A DNA stretch of 64,000 bases from Geosiphon pyriformis uo1 (GCA_016748015.1 JAAOMT010000134.1:502757-566756); one strand, 5' to 3'. Counted from the first letter of the stretch, positions 22,964-37,600 are shown. Notes: generated by a model from the letters alone, not told the origin. A program made the numbers and translations.

Positions 22964-25900
22964 GTGACGATCACACCAAACACAACAACTCTAGAGTATT
23001 ACCAGTCAATTTACACCCACTGCAAGCAAAGATTCAATATTCCCGATGGAATTGAAGTTGTCAAGAAATCAGTATACCAATACATTGAAAACTGCATCAA
23101 CAATTATTTTTTTGGAAATTACAATATCTCAAAAGTTAGAAGCAACCTTTACAATAATTTAGCACACTATTCACAGTTGGAAACTGAAGACTTTAACAGT
23201 GAAACACTTGCTACTTACTTCTATGAACTTAATTTTAACATTATCAAATACTGTGAAGAAACATATCCAGTGTAGTCTCAATACACTATTGATTTTGAAT
23301 CAAAAACAAAAACAAGCAACAAAGACAAATTGAAGCAATACTCAAGAACCACCCCAAATACTCCAATACCACCAAAAACAACTGCCAACTATTTACAAAC
23401 ACCTGAACAAGGAACCAGTTCAAAACTTCCACTTACTATCACACCTTTTCCAGCTTCACTTGCACAAGCACAAATACCTAATTCACTCTTGAATCGATTT
23501 GCAAGACCAGAAGATTTTACATCACTCAGAAGTCCCATTAGACAACAAGAATCTCTTCAAACTAGTTCCAATCTCCTTGACTTTCTAGCTGAAAATCAAA
23601 GTGAACACTCTGAGACAGCAGCAAACGAAGAAAACGAACCTGAAATATCTGAGGAAGAATCAATAGACAGTGAGAACGAAAAAGACGAAATGACAACATA
23701 CATTGCAAAAATCTCTGAATTTAATGGAGAAGACATTGAAACCAGTCCCCAAGAATGACTTGACCAAGTTACTAAAGCTGGAGATGCAAATGGATGGAAT
23801 GCTGCCAGAATGTTAAGAACAATTCCCTACTTTCTCAAAGAAACAGTAGGAGAATGGTTTGAAAATTTGGCTGTCCCATTCAATAATTGGAACACTTTCA
23901 AAGCAGCCTTCCTTGAACAGTTCACCAACAATAATACTTCCATCACCCTTCGCAATCGTTTTCGAAATATCAAACAAGAACTCTCCGAATCTGTTATGAC
24001 TTATATTGGGAAATTCAACAAATTTCTCAGACGAATTTGCCAACTCGAAACAAACAATTATTATTTTGATGCTCAAATCTTGGATCAATTTATCGCTGGT
24101 CTAAAAGATAAACTAATTAAAAAGGTTTGCCCATATGCGCCAGAAGATTTAAACTCTGCCATACAGCATACAAAAAGATACGAAATGGCCATAGAAGAGG
24201 CCAATTGCACAAAACTTGTAAATTTGGCAATTGGAGAAACCAGCTCAGCAGCTGAGGAAAAAATTGACCAACTCACAAAGAAGGTTGAAAACTATTTCAC
24301 CAATCAACAACAACAGCAACTCCAAAGATATCAACCACTCCAAAGACGAAATCAAAATAACTTTGCACCACTTTCTAATAACCAGCCGCAGAATTGTCAT
24401 TACTGTGGAATCTCTGGCCACTGAAAAAGAGATTGCAAAAAGCTACAACGAGACCAACAAAATAGAAGTAATCAACATTATCTCCCACCACAGCAATCTT
24501 ATTATCAACCACCACTACCACCAGCTTACTATCTACCAAGACTCCAATACCAAAATAACTATTATCAGCCCGCCCTACAGCCAATCCAACAGCAATACCA
24601 ACAACCACCTACACAATATTATCAAGTACCTGCTCAAAGACTGATTACACAAAATCAATTCACACCACAAAACCGATACCAAGTAAACAACAATAGAATC
24701 AGTTCAAACAACCAATTAGTTTTCCAAAATTTCACTCAATCAAGACCCAACCACTATCACACTCAACCCAGTTATTTAACAATGTCAGAAGAACAGGATT
24801 TTCACTATACTGCACTCTCGGAAGGTAGAACTGCAGCACAACAACAAAACCTTTCTCATAATTACACCACTATTCTACCAGCCCGAATTGCTGAAAACGC
24901 CAATCTTTCTGATATCTTTCCTTTTGAGTTTGAAGCCAATGAATCACCATTTCTACTTAGCAATACAGCCGCCAATGAACAAAAAGCAATCACGGCTATG
25001 TACACTGAAGCAGAAGTCGAAGGAAAGACAATTCGCTTGATCCTAGACAGTGGATCCACCGAAAACATTATCACCTACCAGTTAATGCAACAGTTGAAGA
25101 GAAATGTTGACTGACCAGCTCAAACAGGTATTATTACTGCCGATGGCATGAAAAAGACCCCAGTAGAAGAAATTAACAATTTTCCATTCACTCTTGATGG
25201 AATTACCATTCCAGTCAAAGTTCTTATAATAGATGCACCCTAGTACCAAGCTCTCATCAGAAATGACTAGCTTCAAAAAGCCAATGCTAATCTGAATTAG
25301 GAAACACAAGAGTTAACAATCTCCTACCAAGGACAATACGCCCGGGTACCTGCCACTTGTGGTATATTCAACAAACACTCTGAAAAAGCCCCAGCTTTTG
25401 AATTTGAACCGGAAGAAGAAAAACTCCTCATTAAAACATTCATGGCTCTTGGATCAACATTCAACTGGGCTGATGAAACAGAACAAGAACATTTTACCCC
25501 ACACTCTGAACTCAAAACCTCTGGATAGAATATCCCTTACTCAAAACCCGAACCAAGGAAACAATGCCCCTATATTCTCCTTAAATGTAAAGACTGCCAC
25601 AAGAAACTATTGTCAATGGGAGCCTGCATTTCACCTGAAGAAGAATATGAAAATCATACTTGTTATTACTGCAAGGCTTGCCACAGAGAACAATGGGGCC
25701 ATCTAATAAAAAGGAACAGAAAATGAGACAACACCTCTTGTTTGACTTGTGGAGATATGCTACCGAAAAAATGCAATTGGATTGATGTAGCCATGAGAAG
25801 AGAAGTCTGCAATCAGACCTGCCAATATGCTTTATCAATTTCAGAAAAAGTAAAAAGAAGAACACTCTTTAATGCAGCATACAACAGTGCTTTCAACAAA

Positions 25901-27260
25901 CTTTATCACTACTCCCATAATGCTGAGATGATTTTTGATCTAGCAATGGCATTAATTAATAGAGCTACCAAAGAAAATGTTCATCAAATGAAGGAAGCAG
26001 AATACATTGAATACACCATGGAATTAGCTGGATTCAATTATGAAGATGAAGTAGAAGTCTACCACCAAATTGCAAGTCATACCTATCCAACCCAAAAAGC
26101 TCAAATTCAACAATTAAAGCAAATGAACATTAGGCTATGTGAAGAATGCATTATGCTTTGTGATGAACAGTAGTGTCCTGAATGCTACGCTCTTAGTATC
26201 CTCTTGCCCAGCGAAAATGATGAGAATGAAATTGAATTTGGAGAACCTGAAGCAACGGAAGAAATTGAAACAACACCCATCTACCTTATCAAAAATCAGC
26301 CTGCCTTATAACTTAAATACTTCAACAACAATGGACAAGGAATAAAACCTGAAAAAGCACACGAAATTGATGCTAGATATGACCTAAGATATCCAGGCAA
26401 GGATACTCTTGTTCTCAAACCCAAATCTCTAACAAAAATCAACCTCAAAATTGCACTTGAAATTCCACCAGAAGCAATGGTTCAAATCACCTCCCAGTTC
26501 TCTTTGGCAAGCAAAAGAATCAATGTCAGAAGAGGAATAATCGATGCTGGATATATTGGAGACATTACAGTGATGCTTCAAAATGAAACTGACAAACCAT
26601 TTAAGATCAAACATGCTGAAAAAATTGCCCAAGCTATTTACCTACCCCTAATCAACATTTCAGGTTTGCAACTAGTCAATTAAAGAGAACAATTAGGAAA
26701 AAGCGATAGAAGAACTCAAGGTTTTGGTTCAACTGGACAATTCACAGTTCCAGTTAATATAGCTCTTAACACACAAAACAAATCCCACCAGATTCTCAGA
26801 CTTCCACAACCAATTACCATCTCACTCTTTGGAGAACATCCAGAAATCTACATCTGCCCAAAGCCAACAACCACACAACAAATTTTTGAGTCCAATGAAC
26901 AAGTCTGCTTGGCACATAATATTTTGATCCCAAACATTTATATTCCAGAAGGAACAAAAAAAGTCTGAGTTACTTTTTACAACCCCAATAATTACCCCAT
27001 AATTTTATTAAATAATTTAGAAATTAGAGTTATTCACAGTAATATATTTCAACAAGAATTACCCCAAACAGTTCCCAATTTCTCTGAAATGATTGAACAT
27101 TCACTACCAAAAATCAACCCAAATCCCAGCTCTGAAAACTACCATGTTGTCATGGAAAAACTATTTCGAATCAACATGGAACAACTTGAACCACAACAAC
27201 AGACCCAGCTCAAAAAGCTAATTGCAGAATTTGCCAATCTTTGCTGAAAACAACAATGAC
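22964..27260 (+). pseudogene. Truncated gag-pol of element B: Gag, knuckle, protease, Cys-rich domain, dUTPase, linker
   Basis: ORF fragments at 22964, 23330, 23810, 24782, 25742 and 26477 are all in the same frame. DARYDLRY, IIDAGYIGDI and TQGFGSTG are dUTPase motifs. Confidence 0.9.
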
Positions 27261-27453
27261 CTATTCCACACTTGCGAAAATGTTCTACAAAACCCAATTT
27301 TACAACCTTTGAAGATTCAATACATTGGAAAGCTCACAGAACTGAAATTTCAACAATTTTCAGACCAAATTTCTTTAATAATTTTGGATTACTATCTGGA
27401 AATTACAGACAGTACTTGGACTTCGACGGAGCTCAGTCTTGAGGAGGAGGTTA

Positions 27454-28431
27454 TGTTACCAGACGAAATTAGAGATATTATTTAGCATAAAATTATCTTA
27501 TAAATCCTATCATTAATTAGCATATATTATCGTTTCAAATTATTACTTATTATATTAGCAAAATGTCTGAAATTATCATTTAATTAATAACCCAATTTGT
27601 ACACAACACAAATATAACCTAATTGCAATGATCAAATCATGCAATACTCCAAACTATGTAACATTCAAAAGTTCACTGAAATTTGTAGAAATTTGCCAAA
27701 ATAATTAATAGTTCACCGAAATATCTAATAGTTCACAGAAATAACTTGTAGTTCGCCAAAATGTATCTTTAGTTCAGTGAAATTGTAGAAAATAGCAAAG
27801 TTCAAGTTTATAGAATAGTGTTACGACAAGTTGTATAAAAGAAAAGCATCTCTCTTCGAGAAAATGTATCTTATTTTAGATTTATCACTTAGAACCATTC
27901 CTATACACAAAAAGAAATAAATACCAAATAATTCAAAAAAACCAAATTCTTTAATTATTGTACTTAAAAAATTCCCAAAACTCAACTAATGTTTTGAAAT
28001 TGATTAGCTACCAATTTCAATAAACTGTTAGTGACTCCAGACCTGAATAGAAAAACGTTTCTCTTGATAAAATCCTATTTCTTTTATATTTCTTTTAATT
28101 TTTTTTCTTTTCTTATTACAATCATTAGAGTAGCCTACAAACAAGATTCCTGTAAAAGAGTTGACTTTCACAGCAAAGTAACTACACATTTTAGTAAGCT
28201 TCCAGACGAGCAATTCCTGAGAAAGAGTTGATGTTTACTACAACATAACTATACAAAGTAACTGGCACAAAATTGGCCATTCCACTCATAAGCCCAGCAA
28301 GTTCAAATTATAGGAAATAATTTGAAGATAAATTCAGTTACTAGAGGTCCAACTACTTCCTAGAAATGCGAATTCACAACAAAGCAACATTAACAACATT
28401 TAAGAAAAGAGACCAAAAACCTCCAGTAACA
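27454..28431 (+). repeat. 3' LTR of element B
   Basis: TGTTACCAG...CAGTAACA, preceded by the PPT. Confidence 0.93.
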
Positions 28432-31400
28432 ATGATCATGAAGTTTATCCACAAAAGCAATACCATATCTTCGGAGAGAAGGAAAAAACCTGGAAAACTT
28501 TGACTCGTCTAAAACAACAAACATGAGCACACTATCATAGGACCGAAAAAAATTGGCCAAAGAGCCACCCAAGGACAAATTGCAATCGAGAAGAATTCGG
28601 ATCATGCCTGTCAAAAAGTTATTAAAAGTGCTAACACAAATACAAACAGAAGAATTCAATGAATGAACAGGGTGCCAATACCAGACTTGTAAATTATGAG
28701 ATCTATGAGAAAACAAGTGACCCAAAATTCCAGCAGAGTTCACAAAACTGACAAGAAAGGCAACCTTGTATTCAGATTGAACTTGTGAAAATAACTTTAA
28801 ACCATAAAAAGAAGGGTGATAAAGCATATTATTAGGAAAATTGTGTGAAAAACCAGACTTAAGCTTCAAGCCTTTACAAACCAGAGCATCTTACTTGTCA
28901 CAAACACTGACTGAAACAAAACTAAATTGCATCTGATAGTTGACAATAGATTAGAGAACCACTGAAACCAAGTACAAGTATTGTTTATCTGAAACAGCCT
29001 TTTTTAGGACCAAATTGACCAAAAATCGAATATCCAAATGCACTTTAACCAAACTAGGTTTTGAAAGACCCTCAGTTAAAAGAAAAATATTCAGATATCA
29101 ATGAGACTCACCCTTTTTGGCAATAGAGATGGGTAAATCACTAATAGAAAGAAAAAGACTACCAATCCTGCTATTGATTGGAATGGCCATTGTTTTGTTG
29201 TTATTAATTGAGATGTCATTGACCTGAAAAAATTCACTGGCAATATTAAGAATATGTTGAGTAGCAACCTGACTGCTACCAACCCAAATTGTGTTATCAA
29301 CAAAAGCACCAGCAGCAAAAAAGAAAGAGAGCCCAGTCTAGGATTCAGAGTGACCACTTCTAAAAACAAAATAAGAGTTCAATCTGTACCCATATACACT
29401 CTCCTAACACTTAACTTTACACAACAGAAGATTATAAAAGATGTACCACAGAAATGGGGAAAAAACCTCCTCTTGATCCAAACCATTATGAACACAATAA
29501 CTATCAGTCAAACCAAAATCTGTCATAACTTGGTTGGTACAATCTCTATAAATATTACCAAAAAATTGAATGAATTTGCTGTATATTTTAATCCTGATCA
29601 AACTTTTCTCAAGATGCTCCCAGCCAACTGAATCATAGGCCTTCTACATGTCTTGCAAAACCAGCCAGAGTTCCCAGTCCTTCTTCAAGGCATCTTCAAT
29701 TACTAAACCAATAGCAAAAATGGGAAACTGAGTAGTTGTATCCTTCAAAACCAAAAAATTGTTCCCATGAAGAACATTAAAAGCACTGCAAGCTGTGGAA
29801 ATCCTATTAAAGAGAACCTTGGAAAGAATCTTACAGGCTGTTTCAATTAAAGCAATGAGATGAATATTTGTCAAAATGCCTTCCCACTCATAGGGTTTGA
29901 AAATTATCGAGACCCAGGCCTCTTTCCAAGGACCAAGCACAGATTTGCCAGTTAAACAAAAATTTAAAAGCACCAATAACATATCTAGAACCAACTTATC
30001 ACAATGTTTCTAAAGCTCATTAGATATCCCTGACAAACCAGCAGCTTTACCATCAGGAAAATTAGAAATTACCTTAAACAATTCATCGAAACCAATTGGA
30101 CACATTACATTAGAGAAAGCTTCATCAAAAACATACTCCAATGGACAGTATTGATGGCACCAATCATCTGAAACATTATCAACCACTCTACATTTTCTGG
30201 TTCAACTCTTTATAATTACATCTACCTCAGACTTAATCAGATTAGATTCCAAAATCAGTTCATCATTGACAACCAAGTGATCAAGCACCACCTTACAAAA
30301 TGGATGCTCAAGAACACTCCTTATTGTGTAACTCTTATTCACTTCAAAACTCTATCTTTTTATCAATGGCAGATCTGATGTGAGCCTTTTTAGCACACTG
30401 AGATTCAACAAGTTTAGATGCATGATAAGATTTCCTGACACCCAACAAAGCAGAACAAACATGACCAAAGTCCACACCAGAAGCAATCAGAGACCAAATA
30501 ACTAAAACCCTATTATTATTCAGAGAATTCCAATATTCTATAAGAAAAGCAAAACACTCACCATCTTTTTCATGAAATGCTTTGACAATCCTAGAAACCA
30601 AAAGCTCAAACTTGTAAAATTTCGAAGAATTTTTGGTGAAGACCTTATCAAATTCCTTAAACCATTTCTTTTTGAACACTTTGTTTGCCAAAAGAACCAA
30701 TATTTTGCGAACAATCCCTCATATTGTATCTAAATCTGACAATCTTACTGAAGCAAAAAACTTATCTGTAAACATTATAGCATTAGCCAATGTAGTACAC
30801 TTAAAGTTAACTCATTTATTTTCATCAATACTCTTGAAATCAAACTTCCATCTGTCCCTGTTCACTTGTTTACAAAGAAAGTTCAACTGCATATCCAAAA
30901 GCCCACCCAAATCCAAGAACACAGAAACAGCCTGATGATCTGTGTTGAAATGCTCACTAACATCCAAGACATCACAATGCACTAATACGTTAACCAGATT
31001 AGAAGATATGAACATGAAATCAATTGTTTTTCTAATGCCCCTAGAATTTGCCCAAGTAGGCATCTTCAAAGTTTCACTTCCAACCAAAAAATTGACCAGT
31101 CCCAAATCAAGGCATTTTTTGAAACTAGCACACTTACAAAACCTATTTTCATTAAAATCACTGCCAAGAACAACAAAAAAAGATTCATTAACAGCCTTTA
31201 TGATGAAAGAGTTGATTACATCAGCCTGAGCAAACTAAACCACCAAAAAAGCACCTGTGTAAAGTCCCAAAATTGACACTGAAAGTTTATTTTTGAAAAG
31301 CAATTTAATGAATAGAAGCCGACTTGGCATCCCAGAGACCTTACACACATATTTAGCCAAAAAAAAGTTCATAATAATCACTACGCCAGCACCCAGATAA

Positions 31401-31875
31401 CCAGAATCCAGACCAAAAGTAAATACTTGGACACTATCAAATTTGTTGATCAACCAGGGTCAAATCTTTTTCTTAAGTTTAGACTCCATAACAATGGAAA
31501 TAAGATTGTTCATGTCCTTGTGCCAATGAACAACATTGTCTTGTTTTGTAGGATTGTTTATTTCATGAACATTGTATGTGGCTACCTTCCAGATCAGCTT
31601 ACTTATTGAGAAGGAATTTGTGAGGATGCACCACCAGCTAAAGCCAAACCATCAAAGCAGACAGATAAGCTCAAAAGAGATTTAGAGAGTCCTTCCAACA
31701 TTTTTTCTAACCTAACAACATAAGGGGATGCCGAAGGGTCCACAACTGTATCTGTAGTAGTCTCATTACTAGTGACTCCACCTGAACTCACTCTCATTAC
31801 TATATCTTCCTCTTGATTCTGTGATGGAGGGGTCACCGGCAGCTAACATTCAGGGTTAGGCTAGGAAACTGCCAG

Positions 31876-32859
31876 TGTTATCAGATGAAATTAGAAATAT
31901 TGTTTAGCATAAAATTACTCTTATAAATCTTATCATTAATTAGCATACATTATCATTTCAAATTATCACTTATTACATTAGCAAAATATCCGAAATTATC
32001 ATTTAATTAATAACCCAATTTGTACATAACACAAATATAACTTAATTGTGATGATCAATCATGCAATACCCCAAACTATGTAACATTCAAAAAGTTCGCC
32101 AAAATTTGTAAGAAATTTGCCGAAATAATTGATAGTTTACTGAAATATCTAATAGTTTGCAGAAATAACTTGTAGTTTACTGAAATGTATCTTTAGTTCA
32201 GCAAAATTATAGAAAATAGCAAAGTTCAAGTTTATAGAATAGTGTTACGACAAGTTGTATAAAAGAAAAGCTTCTCTCTTCAAGAAAATATATCTTACTT
32301 TAGATTTATCACTTAGAACTGTTTTATATATACACAAAAAGAAATAAATATCAAATAATTCGAAAAACCAAATTCTTTAATTATTGTACTTGGAAAATCT
32401 CCAAAACCCAACTAACATTTCGAAATTGATTAGCTACCAATTTCAGTAAACTGTTAGTGACTCCAGGCCTAGATAGAAAACGTTTCCCTTAACAGAATTC
32501 TATTTCTTTTACATTTCTTTTATTTTCTTTCTTTTATTTTCTTATTATAATTATTAGGGTAGCCTACAGACAAGATTTCTGTAGAAGAGTTGATTTTCAC
32601 AGCAAAATAACTACACATTTTAGTGAGCTTCCAAATGAGCAATTCCTGGGAAAGAGTTGACATTTACTACAATGTAACTACACAAAGCAACTGGCACAGA
32701 ATTGGCCATTCCACTTATAAGTCCAGCAGTTCAAATTATAGGAGATAATTTGAAGATAAATTCAGTTACTGGAGGTTCAACCACATCCAAAAAACGTGAA
32801 TTTACAGCAAACAGGCATCAACAATATTTAGAAAAAAAGACCAAAAACCTCCGGTAATA
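31876..32859 (+). repeat. Solo LTR, family B, inserted in LINE copy 2 ORF1
   Basis: TGTTATCAG...GTAATA termini. Flanks CCAG/TCAA are a TSD with two transitions. ORF1 rejoins in frame (LDSLML/AVS). Confidence 0.9.
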
Positions 32860-34529
32860 TCAACATGAGTGAATCCAACCTCTTAGCCAACTCACTAATT
32901 TGTCCCGTGAAGCTGACAAGACTGCTTTCAATATTGACTAGATGTTTCTCCAAATCACTCGTAGTAGAAGGGAGAGGTTCACCATCAACGATAGAACCAA
33001 CATATAACCCACGATTAGACAGAAGTAGAGTGAGAAGAGTTCTAACTACAGACATCCAAGTTTTACCACTGAAAACTAAAGCACGAAAAATAGGTGCAGA
33101 TTTTTTTGCATAAATCTTTACTAACCTAAGCTGGTTCTGGGCCAAAAGGGGAGCCCTTCTGGCACCCAGAACTACAGCATCTTTAACAGACTTGCAACTA
33201 AAAGATGTATGACCAAAATTCCTACAGACTGCACATAAAGTCAAAGAGAGACAAGACCAATGGAGACCAACATTTTTTATAACCGGGGTTGCCACCATTG
33301 CTTTAATCAATTCTATTTTAGAACTAAAACACACAGTGGCACAGTGGACATGAGAGTAATTGGCAGGATTACGATCGATGAAGCAAGTTTTTCTATCAAC
33401 AGACCCAATAAAATTCCATAAATTATGAGCAGTAGTTCTCATAGGGAGAGTATATAGCAAAGTCCTATAACTATCTCTGGCATTCCACAATTGTTTATCA
33501 ATATCAGCCCTGGCCACTTGCATTGCATCCTTCCTGATAAGAATAGACCATTCAGAAGCCAACAGATTAGCTTGATCTTGATCCTCCAATTTGATGATTG
33601 TCTTTTGTCACAAATTTACCAATTGCATTTTGATTGCCTTAATCTTCCCAAAAGCAAACACTGCAGCCTGCACAGTCTTCACAGAAGTGCCCACAGGAAT
33701 CTCTTTCAAAACAATAGCCCAATTTGTATAATTGTTGACTGGGTGCTTAAGATCGGTGTTTACCACAACACTATGAACATTGGCTAAATTAGCCGTGTTC
33801 ATCATCACCTTCTCAGATGTAAAAGTAGCATGGATAACTCCACCAAATTTTAAGAAGGTAGAGGCCCCTCCAAAACCATTCACATCAGAGAAAATTTTTC
33901 TAATAAAACCCAATTTTTCCTGAAAAGATTTCTCAGTGATGGAAATGAGATCAATATCTAAAGCAAAAGATTTGCGCACAGAAATTTGAACAGAAGGCTT
34001 GATCAAAGAAGGGGGTGGGAGAAGAGCAGACTCATTCAAAACATCATCATCCTCACTGCCAGTTGCATAGTTAATTATCTTCAGAGGCTTGCCCAATGTC
34101 TTTTTGGTCTTAATCTTAGAACTCTTTGGCATTTGATTAGGATCCCCATTAGCAAGCACACTATTTTCACCATAATCAAAGCTGGTTTTTTCTACCAGAC
34201 ATTCCTCTTCCATATCAACACTCTTAGATTTGGTAGTATTACCAGTCTCAGATCTGCACAAATGACCACCAGACAATTCAGCAGAAATCACTTTTACACC
34301 AATACTTTTATCCAAAACAATGCTTTTTCTCTTTTTTCTTGACGGAACAGGTTTGAAACCTCTACCAAAACCAGAATTTTTTGCAATCTTTTCCATGACA
34401 GCTATATTAGAACCAATAGTGGTCTTGAAGTCAAAAAACGGTTTGGTTTTATCGTACTAAATAGTTAAAAAACTTCTTTCAAAACTTTTGACTCTTTTTC
34501 AAAAATTTGGAACAAAGGAGAAAAAGAAG

Positions 34530-34690
34530 TTTTTTTTTTTTATTTTTTATTTTTTTTTATTTTTTATTTTTTTTTATTTTTTTTTATTTTTTATTTTTTT
34601 ATTTTTTTTTAAACATAATAATAATAAAATTTTATTATTGTAGATATTACCAAAAAACTTTTTAAATTTTTTATTTTTTTTTATTAAATA
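34530..34690 (-). repeat. A-rich tail and low-complexity tract between the LINE copy 3 3' end and the LINE copy 2 5' end
   Basis: (T5-11 A)n on the plus strand. Confidence 0.75.
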
Positions 34691-37600
34691 TTTAATGAGT
34701 GAAGCCCAACCACTATCTAATATATAGAGCCAAACTAAAACTTAAACTAAACATGATTTATGCACTTTCTACATGTAACTAGCCACTCAAACCAGACAAG
34801 GCAACACTACACACCTATATTAACCTGCACCTGACCACCCAGACCAGAAAAGAAACAACACGGTTTACAATAACCAAAGCAAACAGCAAAAGATTCAACC
34901 ACTCTGAGCAATCTAACAACACCATTAAACAATATTGAGGATACTCCATGAGAGAGTCCAGAAACAACCTTACCATCGTGAACCAAACCAGTCTTCTTTA
35001 TTACTACCTGGTGACTAAACCTCACCAATCACACCTTGGTACGATGCAATTCCACAACAAATTTTACAAAATCAACAATCCGAACAACAGCCACCTTTCT
35101 ATCATCAAAAACACTACAAGCCTCCTGACACCAATCATTCAACACAAATCCTTTGCAGACCAGAGTGTACAACCCAATATTGACAGAACATTGAGATAAA
35201 ACCCACAACACAACGGATGAAGAAACATTGAAAACACCAGCCAAGACAGACCAATGGGCAGAAGCCTCAGCCAAAATCTCATCATGAATGCCAAACTCAT
35301 GAACACAAGTAAAAGCATGATCAGGGAACTTTACACCACTGCACAGCAAACACAATACATCAGGGTAGCACTTATTATACAACCTTTTTTTAACTGCTAC
35401 CGGCAACCTTCTGTGCACAGCTTTCATAAGATAAGTGCGAAGCATTGAAGATTTACAACTAGTGAAGCCAGTGAGCATATGAGAGTCAGGATGCCACACC
35501 TTCGCCATGACAACCCAGTTGATGCAACCAATCAATGCATCAGGAATCACATCATAATCAGGGCCAGCTTCCCAATAAGCATGACAAATTGACCAAAAAA
35601 TATCCCTGACAAAATGATGGGCATTACCAGAAACAGCAGTACTTTCAACAACCAGAAAATGTTCACGCACACCAGCCAACAGCAAAAAAGAAGATCCAGA
35701 GGCAGCCCGAGCAGCCAAGTCAGCTTTCTCATTACCAGAAACCCCAGAATGGCCCTTTACCTTAACCCAACTCACAACAAGATCCTTATCTCTGATTAGA
35801 TTGAAAATATAACATCTCTCTAGCCAGCATTGATTACAGAAATCAGAGCAGACCAAAAACAGCTCAAACACACAAGCATCAATGGCAACTTGGGTGTCAA
35901 GATGCAGCACCACAGTACTTGAAAAAAGAATACATTCCAAAGACAAAGTGACAGCCTGCAACTCAGCCATAATAGATGACAAAAGACTATGAACAGCAAC
36001 ACCAACACTCAGATCCAGTGCCAGAAAGTACGCAGCAGCACCACTGGCAACCTCAACAGAGCCAGCATTTCTCAAAGACCCATCTGTAAAAACCTCAAAA
36101 AAACCAGACTAAATGTCATGCAATCTATTCTTAACAGTAGAAAACTTTCCAAATCCCAAAATGTCCAAACCACACAACCTATCAGAGCCAGCAGAGCAAG
36201 AAGATGAGAAGTCCTGACCCTTCAAAAACTCAGAAAAAACTGCAAACCAGTGAGGCACAAGACCATGTAGGTTCAATCTCTTCTAATGGCGAAAAGTCTT
36301 TCAATCCAACAAGTCACCCTTTTTATCAAAAAGCTGATCACTAAAAGCAACACCAAAATGCTTAAGAGATTTGACCGAATTAAAGTACAGGGACTTCTCA
36401 AGAATAGATGATAAAAGAAAGTGACTAGGACTACAAAATGCAGTAGGGAGATTGTTTACCAAAACAGTTCATTGCTCAAAAAAATTTTCACCACCCCAGC
36501 CAAAAAATTGTTTACTGAATTAATGCACAACCTAACAAGGAACTGCAAAAGATCCAAAAGAGCCCAACCAAGAACCTGCAAATCCAAAAATCTATGACTA
36601 AACAAATGCCCGAAAATACCAGAAGCATTAGAGAACACAATCAGAGCAGCCATCTTCTCTTCAGACTGCACTTGTTTAAAGGGTTTCAGCCCATATAGCA
36701 AAGAATGATCCAAAGCAGCATCAGGAAAGTCATGGGGAAGGTGAGCTTTAGATCTGAGACACTTTCTAACTAAGACATCCCACTTGCGACAAATACTAAG
36801 AGAGATAAAACTGAACTGCGTATGATAGCTGACAATAGGCTGCAAGACAGCCAAAACCAAATACGAAAACTGCTTATCAGTAATAGTCTTTCTTAGCACA
36901 ATATTAACAAAGAAACAAACATCTGCATAAGCTTTGACAACACTTGGCTTGGACAACCCCTCTGTAGACAAAAAGATACCCAGATAATGATGTGACTTGC
37001 CCTTCTTAGCAATTGAAATTGGCTGATCACAAATACTCAATAAAGCAACCTTAACACCCTGATTTATGGGGATAGCCACTGTCTTCTTACTGTTAATAGA
37101 AATATCATTGATCACAAAAAATTCACTGGCAATGTTCAATGCATACTGAGTAGAGGCCTGACAATTCCCAACCCAGATAGTATTATTAACAAATGCACTA
37201 GCTAAAAAATAAGAAGTCAAACCACTACCACCCTTGATCCTGCCATTTTTTGAAACAAACTTAGTATTAATTCAGTATTCACACAATTGTTCATGCCTTT
37301 TGACTTCGCACAAAAATGGATCATAGAAGATTCTCCACAAAAGAGGTGAAAAGACCTTACCCTAATTCAGCCCATCATGCACCTTGTAACCACCAAACAA
37401 ACCAAAATCAGTCATAATCCTGTTAATTCTATCCTTATGAATACCACCAAAAAACTTAATGAATCTCTCATACATCTTAACATGCCGCAAGCTAGCCCTC
37501 AAATGATGCCACCCAACTGAATCATAAGCCTTCTGCATATTCTGCAAGACCAATCATACTTCCTTATTCTTTTCAATAACATCCTCAACCACCAACCTGA

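Larger units (their letters stand above)
21940..28431 (+). mobile_element. Ty3/Gypsy element, family B, internally deleted (no RT, RH or IN)
   Basis: LTRs 21940-22918 and 27454-28431; PBS TTTGGTGCTTTCCCACGG at 22919; PPT GAGGAGGAGG at 27441-27450; Gag, CHYCGISGH knuckle, ILDSGS protease, dUTPase. Confidence 0.92.
20448..34530 (-). mobile_element. LINE copy 2, near full length, interrupted by Gypsy element B and a solo LTR
   Basis: ORF1 34396-31603. ORF2 31606-20581 with APE (KTIDF, TDH), RT (LQDM*KAYDS, GLDQEEVFSP), RNase H (IYTDG, AEL) and a C-terminal Cys/His region. 3' UTR and (TAAA)n tail at about 20448-20465. Confidence 0.9.

Noticed and set aside
34690-34810. Hammerhead/HDV ribozyme or SECIS in the LINE 3' UTR
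   Set aside because: No CUGAUGA/GAAA core or recognisable SECIS/HDV elements were found.
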